64,000 bases of DNA from Macrostomum hystrix (lineage: Eukaryota; Animalia; Platyhelminthes), in contig CATNEN010000003.1 in assembly GCA_950097015.1 (NCBI GenBank), positions 3,100,001 to 3,164,000 on the forward strand. The letters run 5' to 3'. The translations under genes were made by a program, and so were the position numbers. Shown one piece after another: positions 1 through 11,858 of the stretch (positions are counted from its first letter, which is position 1; each line of letters starts with the position of its first letter). The notes below the pieces were generated by a model. The model was not told the DNA's origin. It ran no database searches and saw only the letters and a program-made list of their open reading frames with translations.

Positions 1-519
1 AATAACTTATTGTACTTGCAAAAAAGCCAATCCAAGGTGCATCAGATACAACTGTGGGCTGTACAAAATCAAGTAAAGACAGTATATTCAGACAGCCATT
101 AAACGAGGCCAATGATGCACATTTGTTCATTCTTTTTATAACTATTCATTTGAACATGATACATTCCACCAAAACCAATTCTTTGATGGCATTGTGAGCC
201 TATAGTCAACTTAGACTTAAGGGAGTCTAATCGGTAGGCCGATCTTGATGTGGACCTGCTTACAATCCGATCACGAGGCCTGCGTGTGTGAAACCTACAA
301 TTTACGGACGAGGCCTACCTTATAACGCCACGAAGGCACTGGTCTTCAGTGGGACGCAATGCCCCACAGAGAGCTGGCGCTACCTCGTATTGATCGCATG
401 GAGAGGCTGCCCCATGTACAAAGGACAGATGAGGAGGTGGACAACCCGGTTCAGGAGCCGGTTAGCGGATTAGCCGATTAGCGATTAGTTCAGGAACCGC
501 AGAGCACAGTTTTAGCCGC

Positions 520-1640
520 TGAAGACTCTTACCTCTCAGCCGATCAGTAGCGTGAGACGCGACGATCAAAAGGCTGCAGTAAAAAGCATCAAATCGAGGC
601 CACTGCGACGCCATTGTGCATCCATTCAGAGGTGGCTGGCACAGCTTTCCTGCTGCCTGTCGGCTACTACGGAACCAGTGGCAGTTGGCTCTGCCATCAG
701 AGACGACGCTTAAGAGGCCCTTCCGCCAGTTTTTTTCCTACTTCAGGGCCGTGTCGCCTTGCTCTTCAGTTGCCTGCTGCATGGTGTTGCACAGGACTGG
801 AAGCAGCCGATCGCTGTAACTGTGAGGATGACGGCTGCTCAGCGGCATGGAAAATTCTGCAACAAGAACAACAACAACAAGAGACGCTAGTCCCAAAAGT
901 CAGGGAGGCAGCGTCAGATGGCTCGCCGCAGAGCCAGCGCGCGAACATGGTCCGCGCCGGTGGCAGTGTCGGGCGCCCCGGCGTCGCTCAGCAAGCAGTC
1001 GACGTAGCGGCGGGTCCGAGCCTGGCCGCGCCTGAAGAGGCCCTGTAGGTTGAGCAGCAGCCAGCAGGACGTCCTGGGCGGTCAGGCAGCGCTGCGGACT
1101 GGAGGATGGCCCGGATCGAACGGTAGGCCGCCTAGGCGAGTCCTTTGCGCCGCCGGATGTCCTCTTTCACGTTGGGCACCTGAACGCCGAGGTAAGTGAA
1201 CCGCTGGCAGCGTTCGAGCGAGATGATCTGCCCGTCTGCGCCGCGGCACGTCAGGTCCGCTGGAATGTCGGCCAGCACGGTCAGCACTTCGGTCTTAAGC
1301 GTGTTGATCACTAGGCCGATCACTAGTTGATCACTAGTAGTCATCGATCAGTCACAGCAAAGCGGCAACTTGCACGACGGGCATCACGCTGCTGCACGAC
1401 CAGATAGAAGGCCTGGCTGCTGCTGATTTAGTACTGAACGAGGCCATCGAGTACTTGCTGGCTACGTGCTGAAAAGGAGTGGCGTGCTGAACTGCGACGA
1501 CTGCAGGAGGGAGCTGACAGCAGCAAGTGTTGCTGAATAAATGTCTGCCATACGCTGTCACCGGTCTCGAACATCCTTCGCCTGCGGCTTTGGGCGAGTT
1601 CTGCAAGATGGAGACTGCCTTCATTGCTCAGTCGCCCAGT
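520..1640 (+). mobile_element. Degenerate P-element/THAP9-like transposase fragment, split by a LINE insertion
   Basis: Frameshifted + strand translation gives transposase C-terminal motifs: PSASFF.SYFRAV and CNCEDDG (about 715-835), EY.AGYVLKRSGVLNCDDC (about 1448-1505), GLEHPS (about 1563-1580). Multiple frameshifts and stops. Confidence 0.55.
860..1335 (-). mobile_element. 5'-truncated, internally deleted non-LTR retrotransposon (RTE-like) fragment
   Basis: Minus strand encodes a late RT/thumb region (GLVINTLKTEVL...FTYLG...DIRRRKGLA*AAYRSI) with an in-frame stop, and ends in a (TTG)n-like tail at about 860-881. Confidence 0.7.
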
Positions 1641-3579
1641 TTCATTGTGCAGCCTTGGGTAGCTGAGCGATACCTTGGGTAACTGCTGTGTTCTTATAAC
1701 TTGTTCTTATAAAACTTTCTCAATTTTACATCACTTTCAAAATTAACATCCCAAAAAAGTTAAATTTTGAAAATAAAAAATACGTTAAAATGTTAATATT
1801 TCTACTGAACAGATAGATAGTAGTTCTGAAGACTTGCTACATACATTAGCCTGAGTGGCCATATCTAGTAAATATGGTATCTGTGCTCACAGTCTTCAGG
1901 GCTCTCCTGGACTGAATGATCACAACCTCAATCTCGAACAGAGAAGAGCGCTAACACTTTGAAACACAAATCCCTATATATTCTATCTATATAGGGATTG
2001 CTAATATTGAAATTTGTTCAAAATACAGTGATGGGGATGTCTGGTGGGATTATTTGGTGTGGGAGATGGGATGGCTGTTAGGGAGATGTGGATAGATTTT
2101 ACAAAAAATTTAAAACACTAATACTTTATTATAAAATAATACAATAATATTTTATGTAATTTAATTTATATTGTTGTGTTGCCACCATAGAGTCAATTAT
2201 TATTACCTATCACACTACTAATTTTAACTATTAGGAATTAGGAATAATTGAAGCTTCAATAAGACGTGTCAGTGAGTCAATATCTAGGATTTCTGCATTA
2301 GGTAAAAGGGGTGTTTTAGTTTCCCTTTACAAGCTTCTGCTGTGCGTGTTCTAACGTGTTTTAATTAGAATTCAGAATGACAGGTAGAAGGGTAGGGACT
2401 GGACTTTAGCTTATGACTAATGACTGATGCATCTACATTCTACATGCGATAGTGCAGACAGGCAGAAAGGAGCAGAGGACAGAATTGTCATGCGCAAATA
2501 TCATCTTTCAAGGAGCAGGCAAGGCCAAGCTAGACAAAAGCTCACTCAGCTAGTATATTACGAGTACGAGTATAAAGCACTAAAGTACATAGACAATTCT
2601 AGAATTTTCCGCTTCTGCTTGTTGTGTATTTAGTGGCTAGTGCCTTTTACTTTACTTCTGCACTGTCTTTCCTTATCATTTGCTGACCTTCCTGTGATCT
2701 ATTTCTGTTGTGTTGTCACTACTCATTACTCACTTGTTTACGCCTTGAAATTATTTTATACACAAAAAATGTTGGACTTTTGGACTACAAGGAAAAGATT
2801 AGACACGAGACAGAAAACACGGGAGTAGAGACGAGACAATTTAAACATAAGACAAGGTAGAGATGACAGGAAATTTTGGATGTCGGAAAGGGCCAGGATA
2901 GAATCTTAAAGCTAGTGAGCAGTGAAAGGATATGTGTGTAAGAAGGCAAACAAAATACTAGGCGGTAAAGCATAGTTTCATGGTTTAAATTTTGCAGTAG
3001 TGCTAAGCAATAAACACGTTCCTATTTTCTGTGAAAAAAATGCAACCCGTAACGTTGCTTATACGTTGATGCCTGTCGTTGCTCAATGAGACTTTGTGAG
3101 GCGGGTTTTGGGGGTGCGTCTCGTACGCATATGACCTGTGGGGTGGTTTGTCTTTCAAATCTTCCTATTGGTCTAGCCCCCTGTCCATTAGGGGTGGGTG
3201 CAGACTTGCCGGAATGAGATAGACAAGTTTTCCTAGCTGCACTTTTCTCAAACCGGTTTAAACCGAAACGCGCGTGTCGTCTGCGGGGCCCCGTGAAGGT
3301 GGGGGGGAGGTGTTGGGGCGGCGGGGAGGGGATGGGTGGAGGCCTTTGTGTCTGGATGAGAAGCGTAGCATAGAGTGTTGACTATAAAAGCACGAGCCGT
3401 CTTACCTTTCACGCCACCTTTCTGCACGACAGTCATCTGCTCAGCTTATTTGAATATCTGTAAGTGCTACTTCTCATTAATCACTTCATATTCGTTACAT
3501 TGTGTATTCAACATCTCGTACTGGTATTTTCATTCGATTTTCAGAACAAACAGCTTCTATTAACGGAACTCAATCAAGC

Positions 3580-4203
3580 ATGTCTGGCAACAAGTACGAA
3601 TTTATCTACTTCCCGGTGAAGGGCTACGGCAATATGGTTCGCGTCATCCTAGAGGACCAGGGCATTCCCTACGAGTACACGCCTGTTGGCGAGAACTGGC
3701 CCCAGATTAAGCCGACAACTCCATTCGGCCAGGTACCAGTGCTGGTTGTCAATGGTACCCACAAGATTGGTCAGTCGCACACGATCGCTCGCTACCTGGG
3801 CCGTGAGCACGGTCTTATGGGTAGCAACAACATCGAGCAGGCCACCATCGAGATGTGGATCGACCAGAGTGCCGATGTACGCAAAAAGTTTGCCAAGATG
3901 ATCTACACCGACTATGAGAACGGACTCAAGCCATTCCTGGAATCTCTACCTAGCGATCTGGCTGTGTTTGAGAAACAACTCACCGGTGACAGTGCTCACC
4001 TGCTGATGGGCAAGGTGACCCTGGCTGATTACATCGTGTTCGACCTACTCCACGTGCTGGTGGCTCTGAGCCCCAACTGTCTGGACAGCTCGCCACACGT
4101 GAAGGCCTTCTACACCAGCTTCGGAGCCCGCGAGAAGCTGCACGCCTTCCTGGAGCGCTCGGAGATCAAGTCGATGAAGTACACCGGCTCTGGTCACCTC
4201 TGA
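3580..4203 (+). CDS. Glutathione S-transferase, pi-like (copy 1), 207 aa, intronless CDS
   Basis: MSGNKYEFIYFPVKG, PFGQVP, QSHTIARYL, TLADY motifs. First ATG is at 3580. Probable 5' UTR intron 3460-3544 (GTAAGT...TTTTCAG). TATAAAA at about 3383. Confidence 0.95.
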   Translation: MSGNKYEFIYFPVKGYGNMVRVILEDQGIPYEYTPVGENWPQIKPTTPFGQVPVLVVNGTHKIGQSHTIARYLGREHGLMGSNNIEQATIEMWIDQSADVRKKFAKMIYTDYENGLKPFLESLPSDLAVFEKQLTGDSAHLLMGKVTLADYIVFDLLHVLVALSPNCLDSSPHVKAFYTSFGAREKLHAFLERSEIKSMKYTGSGHL

Positions 4204-4612
4204 GCAATCTTGGTTACTCGCCTTTCGATTGAAAACTCTAGGATTATCCTGACCTGAGCTTAGCTTGATGTTGTCTTAATCGCCTTGCTTAATCTTTTCC
4301 AGTGGTTAGTTCTCAATAGTAGGTTTTTTATGATCAAAGTTTGGCACAAGATTTCGCCATAATATTTTTGACTCATCGCCTATATCCAATATTAAGACAC
4401 GTTATTAACTTAGTAAGTAATTTCTTGCAATCAGTCTCAAATATTGAAGCAACATTTTCCGTTTACAAGCCTCGAAAACAAAAATACAGACCGAAGGTCA
4501 GAATCTAGTTGACGGTTTAATATTTCGTTAAGTTTCTACTTAAAAATCCTAACAGTAGCGTGTTTTTTGAGTTTTTTTGAGTTTTTTGTTTTGCTAGCGT
4601 CTCATTATGGTT

Positions 4613-4703
4613 AAAATTGCACGACAAGCCCCCAAGCCTTCTCTCCGAGGCTGCGCTGTAGGGACCTTGGTGCCAGAGTCAAACGCGTTAACCGCTTAGC
4701 CAT
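4613..4703 (-). mobile_element. tRNA-derived SINE family 2, 5' fragment
   Basis: Reverse complement TGGCTAAGCGGTTAACGCGTTTGACTCT...GGCTTGGGGGCTTGTCGTGCAATTT matches the copies at 9620 and 21290. Confidence 0.7.
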
Positions 4704-4725
4704 TATGACTAACAAAAACACTTAG

Positions 4726-4988
4726 TATTGGTTTTGTCAGCCTAACTGAGAATAAAGCCACCCAAAATGAGAATCCTGCCTACGCTGACTGCGAAGGGCC
4801 TGGCTGCGTGCAGCCTTCGTCTATGGGCCATAGATTCTCACATTGGATGGCTTTTTATCACTTTGCTTGTCCTTTATTGTTTATGGCCCATAGACGAAGG
4901 CTGCACGCAGCCAGGCCCTTCGCAGTCAGCGTAGGCAGGATTCTCATTTTGGGTGGCTTTATTCTCAGTTAGGCTGACAAAACCAATA
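4726..4988. repeat. Perfect 107-bp inverted repeat with 49-bp spacer (MITE/foldback-like)
   Basis: 4726-4832 is the reverse complement of 4882-4988. Both ends are TA. Confidence 0.9.
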
Positions 4989-5761
4989 TTATCAAGCAGA
5001 GACACACAGCCACACCCTAGACAAGACAAAAATAGACAAGACCACGTTTCTGGGTCATTCTGAAACGTATAAAAAGGCAAGAATATTCTAGAAAACTCTT
5101 ATCAAACGAAGTGCTTGTTTCTTAGGTTCAAGCAGGCGATTTTACTTGGCTATTGTAGATTTCTACAACACGGTTTTGGATTGAGATTGGACCATACTAT
5201 AATGTTAGTTCGCGAGTTGTTTTACTCAATGGGAAGTTAAAGCTTTATAGTACAAACGTACAAACTTCAGTTTGATCTCGCGAGTGTCTTGAGTGTGTGT
5301 CTGTCTATCAAATAGATTATTAGTGGGGTCTCTCTCTCTCTCTAGGAATGAATGAAGAATCCAGTTTAATCTAGTTTTTCATAAAAAAAATCTCCAGTGG
5401 AAGTAGGATCTCACTCACTCCTAGCCCACACACAGCAGCAGCTGCACGGCATGGAATGTCAACGTTTTCTCTCTATATTTTGCTGAAGAGGTTGGCTCAT
5501 TGGCCTGGATATTATCGATCGGCTTTATCCAGTCGCTAAGCTTGCCTTCGCACAGAAAATATCGCATAAATTCAGCTGTTCGCGCTTGTGACACACCTCA
5601 CTTCGCTACAGATCTGCCTCCCTACTGCTTCCTTTGCAAATATCTGAACTGTTGTGTGATCTTGTTAGCTTGTAAGTGTATTGTTTCTTAGCTATCTTTC
5701 ATGTGTTTGTTAAGCATTTTGTAGATTTTGTAAATTATCTCATCATTTTCAGCGGCATAGA

Positions 5762-6394
5762 ATGTCTGGAAACACCTACGAGCTCACCTATTTCCCAGTG
5801 AAGGGCCTTGGCAACATGATCCGTCTCATTCTGGAAGACCAGGGAGTCGAATACACCTTCACAACTGTCACTAAGGACACTTGGTCTGAGCACAAGCCCA
5901 ACACACCGTTTGGCCAGCTGCCAGTGCTCACAATCAATGGCGAGACAAAGTTGGCCCAGTCGCACACCATCGCTCGTTACCTGGGCCGTGAGCACAACCT
6001 CATGGGCGGTAGCAACATTGAGCAGGCCCAGGTAGAAATGTGGATCGATCAGACAATTGACATTCGCAACAAATTCGTCCAAATGATTTACGGCGACTTC
6101 GAAGCTGGCAAGCAGCCGTTTGTGGACTCGATTCCCAGCCTGCTGGAGCCATTTGAGAAGCAACTAGCTGCTCAGGAGGACAAGACCCACCTGTTGCTGG
6201 GCAAACTCACTGTAGCCGACTACATCTTCTTTGACTCGCTGTTGTACTTGGTAGCTCTCAGCTCGGACTGTCTGGAGTCTTCGCCGTCTGTCAAAGCATT
6301 CTTCGAGTCGTTTGGAGCTCGCGAGAAAATCGCCGCCTTTCTAAATCGCGACGATATTAAAGAGGCCAAGTTTACTGGCTCCGACCATCTCTGA
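5762..6394 (+). CDS. Glutathione S-transferase, pi-like (copy 2), 210 aa, intronless CDS
   Basis: YFPVKGLG, PFGQLP, QSHTIARYL, TVADY motifs. Probable 5' UTR intron 5672-5752. Confidence 0.95.
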   Translation: MSGNTYELTYFPVKGLGNMIRLILEDQGVEYTFTTVTKDTWSEHKPNTPFGQLPVLTINGETKLAQSHTIARYLGREHNLMGGSNIEQAQVEMWIDQTIDIRNKFVQMIYGDFEAGKQPFVDSIPSLLEPFEKQLAAQEDKTHLLLGKLTVADYIFFDSLLYLVALSSDCLESSPSVKAFFESFGAREKIAAFLNRDDIKEAKFTGSDHL

Positions 6395-6958
6395 AAGAGC
6401 GTTCGGGCTAAATCTATGGACTGTTGTTAGAAAACAATGCCCTCAATTGGTCATTACTATTTTTTGTATCTAATTCATCTTGAAATCGGTGACGGATTTG
6501 AAATCACTAGAAACTTTTGGAATAATTTATAATATTGAATTATTTACACTGCTTTGCTTTCATAGTTTTTAAAGCATATCTACTAGTTACCTTATCACTT
6601 TTTTTTATCGTAGAAGAATTTCCTCGATAAATTTGCCTTCTGAATCTCAATGTCTACTGGCAGTTTTTATAATAACCTTACGTACAAAGCACTTTTTTCT
6701 TAGCTTTATACTTTTATTAACTTTTTTTACCGCCTGCTTGTCGTATTCGCAGAGACATTGCTTCCGGTACAACTGTCGTGTTTTTCACTATTTTTAAAGG
6801 CTTGCTTTCCTAAAAAACAAAACGGTCTACTCGTTTTGATTCCCAATATACGCAACTCTTTGGTTTATTGATTTCTTGGGAAAATTTAGATTTTTAACAA
6901 AATATAATTCTTACTATAATTTATAAGTTCTTAGACCTGTCTTAGACCTTTATTTATA

Positions 6959-7282
6959 CCCTAGCAACCATAGACGTTGATGTATTTAAGCCCTAGCAAC
7001 CATAGACTTTGCTGTATTTGAGCCCTAGCAACCAAGACATAGCTGTCTCTGAGCCCTATCGACCATAGACCCTGCTGTATTTGAGCCCTAGCAACCATAG
7101 ACTTTGCTGTATTTGAGCCCTAGCAACCATAGACCTGACTGTCTCTGAGCCCTAGCGACCTTAGATCTGACTGTTTCTGAGCCCTAGCAACAAATGACCT
7201 GACTGTCTCTGAGCCCTAGCGACCTTAGATCTGACTGTCTCTGAGCCCTAGCAACAAATGACCTGACCGTCTCTGAGCCCTA
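6959..7282. repeat. Minisatellite, about 32-bp unit (GAGCCCTAGCAACCATAGAC...)
   Basis: About 10 tandem copies between GST2 and GST3. Confidence 0.9.
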
Positions 7283-7735
7283 CTATTTGTAATTGATAAA
7301 CCTAGTATTGAATCTCGCAAAACTTGAGAGACTTATTATCCAAATTGCTGAATATTTCTATATTACTTAGCTATAGTCCAAGGAACTATGAACCTCCAAG
7401 TAAGCTTTTCGATTGAAGATTAGCTGTGTTAATTTTATTAGCCAACGTGTTTTTATCTAGCAGTCTGCAGTTTGTTGTATAGCGCAGTTGAATGTGTTTA
7501 TCAAAGGTGAACTGCGCGCTAATAGTGAGTCAACAATCACCTGGCACAGGTGGCGCGATTTTAACGACCTTTCCAGAAAATGCAACATTCTCTAAGCAAT
7601 CAGTGAACCACCACCTCAAGGCCATTAATTTCGATATAGAAACTGCTCGTTAGCGAAGTGTAGCAAAAACCTACAGCAAAGTGTTGTTACTGTTTGAAAA
7701 ATTTGTTACAGAGAAATAAAAACTCGAAACGAACA

Positions 7736-8374
7736 ATGTCGTCGCCGAAGTATGAATTAACCTACTTTCCGGCCAAAGGCAAGGGCAACCTTATTCGCCT
7801 GTTGCTAGTTGACCAGGCCATACCATACAAGTACACGGAGTATACCACTGAGTCCTGGCCGGCCGTCAAGTCCAAGTATCCGTTCAGACAGCTGCCAGTG
7901 TTGACGGTTGATGGCGCCCATGAGATTGCTCAGTCGCACACTATCGCTCGCTACTTGGCTCGTGAGCACGGCCTACTTGGCAGCAACAGTCTCGAGCAGG
8001 CCCAGGTGGAGATGTGGGTTGATCAGACACTGGATCTCCGCAACAGGCTAATGAATGTGCTGCACATTGACTATGAAAAGTTGATTCAACCCTTCTTGGA
8101 CTCTCTGCCTGGCCAGTTTGAGATCTTTGAGACCCGTCTGGCTGCTCAGCCTGCCTCGGCCAAGCACCTGGCCCTGGGTCAGCTGACCCTGGCTGACTAC
8201 GCACTGTTCGATGTACTCTTCTACCTGCAGCTGCTCAGACCGGGGTCGCTAGACAACACGCCAGTTTTGAAGGCCTTCTACACGGAGTTCGCCGCTAGAC
8301 CGAATCTGCGAGCCTACATGGAGACTGACGAGTTTAAGAAGATGCGAACCACTGGCTCTAAGCACCTGCCTTAG
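7736..8374 (+). CDS. Glutathione S-transferase, pi-like (copy 3), 212 aa, intronless CDS
   Basis: MSSPKYELTYFPAKGKG, PFRQLP, QSHTIARYL, TLADY motifs. ATG at 7736. Confidence 0.95.
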   Translation: MSSPKYELTYFPAKGKGNLIRLLLVDQAIPYKYTEYTTESWPAVKSKYPFRQLPVLTVDGAHEIAQSHTIARYLAREHGLLGSNSLEQAQVEMWVDQTLDLRNRLMNVLHIDYEKLIQPFLDSLPGQFEIFETRLAAQPASAKHLALGQLTLADYALFDVLFYLQLLRPGSLDNTPVLKAFYTEFAARPNLRAYMETDEFKKMRTTGSKHLP

Positions 8375-8660
8375 CAATTAGTACTGTCGCGTGACTGTTG
8401 TAATGAGAAGAAATTCATCATTCGGACCTTTTAGCTTGATTGATAAACCTTTCGTGATTTTATTAAACAAATTTTTCCTTCTATTTTTATAAATTCTTAT
8501 TTAAAATATACGAGCAATTAAACTTTTTTATACAGGCTTTTCATTTTACATGGTTTATAATTAGTTTTTTAAAACTATAAATGATTCTTAAAAAGTTTCT
8601 CTTTCAGACATTCAGGTTCATTGGTAGTTTCACTTCCCTGAAGAAAACTATAATCACATG

Positions 8661-8912
8661 AGGGGAGCTGCAGCCTAGTGGTTAGAGCGTCGAACTCACC
8701 GATTGAAAGTAGACACTTAACTCTGCATTGCTTCAGTTCACCCAGCTGGTGAATGGGCACCAGCCTTTGCTGGGGTAATTGGGGGTGGGTGTGGCGTCCC
8801 TCCCCAGTCCATGGACTGAACAGCCGTACGCAGCCTTCAGATGCGTCGCCAAACAGCTATGACTGTGCTGTCGGCTGCACATCTTGCCCAATTGGGGCAG
8901 GTGTAATCAATT
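8661..8912 (+). mobile_element. tRNA-derived SINE family 1 (CORE-like body)
   Basis: A-box head GCAGCCTAGTGGTTAGAGCG, body GACACTTAACTCT...CAGTTCACCCAGCTG...AATGGG, and CAGTCCATGGACTGAACAGCCGTACGCAGCC shared with other copies in the window. Confidence 0.8.
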
Positions 8913-9097
8913 TTGTATGTTTTCGTCTTCCCTGAAGATCCGTCATTCGTTTTTTTCAGGACTTCATATCCTTAAGTAGCCTTATGCGCACTATTTTCAG
9001 ATACATAAGTCGCTAAAAGTACAAATTCTCAATCGATTTCATCTCATCGGCATCATATCAAAGACCCAGATCGAGGTTTTTGCATTAAAAATCTATA

Positions 9098-10904
9098 ATG
9101 AGCAACGCATTTCATGATGAAAAAGCGTCATTGTCGACTGCGCAGAAGACCGAACAGCAGACCAGGCTTCTGCCAAGCCACGCCGAGCTGGTCCGCGCCT
9201 ACCGCATGGACGAATTGTGGATTAGTCGCATCGCGGAACACCTGGACCGCCTGGCATTGGCCACCTGCGGCCTTGAACGCTACTCCGCCTGGCGCTCGGG
9301 CCTGTCCGCGCTGGGCCAGGCTGTCTCCAAGATGCTGTACTACGGCGCCACTACATCGCGGGCCCTACAAACTCTCGGCGAGGAGTACGTCAATGTTGTC
9401 CAGGTTGGTTCTTTAAGGGAAATCCCCGGTAATTAATCTTAAAATAACCGACTTTCAAGGTCAGTCAAAAATAGATATCCATCGAGGATTTCTTCTAGGG
9501 AATTGCACAAGGTCATTCAGGAAAATGTTTAACTTTTCCTCTAAGGAATATCTTCAAGGTCGCTTATGGAAAACGGCAAAGTTTTCCGTTCGGGAATTGC
9601 TTGAAGGTCGGGGAGGTGAGTGGCAGAGCAGTTTAACGCGTTTGCCTCTCGCACAAAGGTCCCTACCTAAGCTCGATTCCGCGGCGAGGCCACATAAGTT
9701 TGTGCTTGGGGGCTTGTCGTGCAATTTACGCCCTTGAGGGCCAACCTCCAAGGCACAGTGAAATGTACACTGCCTGAAGATGACGATAAGAAAGCACTCC
9801 TGCGTGTGTGCTCAGGAGTCAGCGAAACGGGCAGAGTTGCCTCCTCGCTGGCTGCTGGTTTAGTTTCGGCACCAAATGGTGTGCAATGGCCTGCAACCCT
9901 CCTGCAGTTATTATTATTATATTATACTCGTTTAAGGTTACTTCTAAGACCAATTTTTCCGCTATGCCGTAAAACTGCCGTAAATTTCCATTTTGAGACT
10001 CATTCAAGGTCACTTCTCAAAAAAGGCTAAAGTTTTCCGTTTGCGAACCCCTAGAATGTCAGTCAATAGAATGCCAATTTTCCTCTTCGGAATTGCTTCA
10101 AGTTCAGCAGTTATAGAGAGCGAAAGTTTTAATTCCGGGAATCCTTCCAATGTCACTCCAATGACCCACTCTCCGATCTCCCGGTTCCCCGCCGAACAAC
10201 CCCTCCAGGTGGATCGCAGCCGCCGTCGTCTTCCGGGCAATCGCGCCCGCCTCCTCCTGCTGCTGCTGCAGTGCCTATTCCCGGACCTCCTGCTGTGGCT
10301 TCTGCGACGCGCTGAGCGACGTTGTCGCGCCGACCCGACACTGTCGGAGCCGGTTAGGCATCGTCGATTAGCGTTGCTAAGCAACCTAAGCGCCCTAGCA
10401 ACCGTCGCTTATGAGCTAAATAGCGCCTTATTCTACATCAACGGCTCCTATTACCAGCTGAGTAAGCGGCTGCTCGGTATTAATTACCTGCGCACTCGTC
10501 CCGGTTTGGGTCACGTGACGGAGGCTCTCTACCGCCTGATTGGCTGGCTGAGCTTTGCTCGCATGGCAACTCGGGCTGTTGTCAAACTCCGCTCCGTGAC
10601 GGCCGCGATCTCGGCCATCGCCTCGGAGCCCGACACCTCGGAGAAGTCGACTGCGCTGCTGGACGGCGAAACGTTGCCAGCAGCGTCAGGCCGTGATGAC
10701 AATCTGGGTCGGTTGAATCGCACTTGTCCACTGTGCTGCGACCAAGTTCAAGAGGCCAGCGTCATTGCACTGTGCGGCCACGTCTTCTGCTGGGCCTGCA
10801 TTGTCCGCTGCCTGCAGCTCACTGGCCGTTGCCCCCTGTGCCGGCTGGAGTGCCAGCCGAACCGGGTGGTGCACCTGGCTGGTTATTCAGATGCGCCCTT
10901 TTAG
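9098..10904 (+). CDS. PEX10: Peroxin 10, RING E3 ligase (exons 9098-9403, 10209-10904)
   Basis: QTLGEEYV signature, FYINGSYYQLSKRLLGINY, C-terminal C3HC4 RING (CPLC...CGHVFCWAC...CPLC). Phase-0 GT-AG intron. Confidence 0.92.
9618..9925 (+). mobile_element. tRNA-derived SINE family 2, near full length with (TTA)n tail, in the PEX10 intron
   Basis: tRNA-like head GTGGCAGAGCAGTTTAACGCG...TCGATTCC. Body shared with 21290-21430 and 4613-4703. Ends in TTATTATTATTAT. Confidence 0.75.
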
Positions 10905-10984
10905 ACTTGCGAAACGTTTCAACAAAAAATTACACTTTGGATAGTTCCTTCGGGTTTAATCGACTACCGAAATAATTTCCTTAG

Positions 10985-11220
10985 GAAGATCCCAAACTAA
11001 CTTTATTAGGAGAATCCCAAAATAACCTTATTTGGAGAATCCCAAAATAACTTTATTTGGAGAATCCCAAAATAACTTTATTAGGAGAATCCCAAAATAA
11101 CTTTATTTGGAGAATCCCAAAATAACTTTATTAGGAGAATCCCAAAATAACTTTATTAGGAGAATCCCAAAATAACTTTATTTGGAGAATCCCAATGGAG
11201 TTTCCCTAGGAGAATCCAAA
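10985..11220. repeat. Minisatellite, about 25-bp unit (GGAGAATCCCAAAATAACTTTATTT), downstream of the PEX10 stop
   Basis: About 8 visible tandem copies. Confidence 0.9.
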
Positions 11221-11858
11221 AAAATTCCTTTGAAAAATCTCAAATTAACTTCTTTAGGAGAATTTCAAAGGAGTTTCCTTTGGGAAATACGAAACGGGGA
11301 ATCGCTGAATGGTAACTCATAAGGTGTTTTGGGGAATTATTTTGTGATTTTTAAGGAGTTTTTAGACTAATTTGCTACCTGTATATAGAACGAAAACCTT
11401 AGGACCTTAGCAACACCCAGGTGTTCGTAAATAATATCCCATTCGAGAACTCTCAAAACTGAGGGAGAATTCCCAGAGGGAGTCCCGTTTGCAAGCTAAG
11501 GGAAATCATTTATTGTTGTACTAAATAACTTGTTTAAGCTTACCAGGCATTTTTATGGAAATTAAAGTCTTTTTACATGGTTATTTTTATGTTCCTCCGC
11601 TTGCTGTTGATTTGCTGCATAATATTTCACTCATTGTCAAAAAAACTAATGATAATTACGAGTAGTTTTTTAAATAAAGTGGTGCTTTTTGTCGTAGATT
11701 TAGTGCTAGAATTTTATTGGCTCTTACTTAAGGTGATCGAGTTTTTCTTCATTTTTGTGGGGAACAATAAATTAAACGATAAGTTTTAAGCCCCAAGTGA
11801 CGTCAATGATGATCCTGTCTCAATGATTGATAGCGCCCAGCATCTTCAATGTGGCTAG

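Noticed and set aside
9769-9834. Hammerhead-like core CTGAAGA...GAAAC flanked by CTGC/GCAG
   Set aside because: No UH cleavage triplet between GAAAC and the stem I partner, and stem II is out of register. The HDV-like reading fits better.
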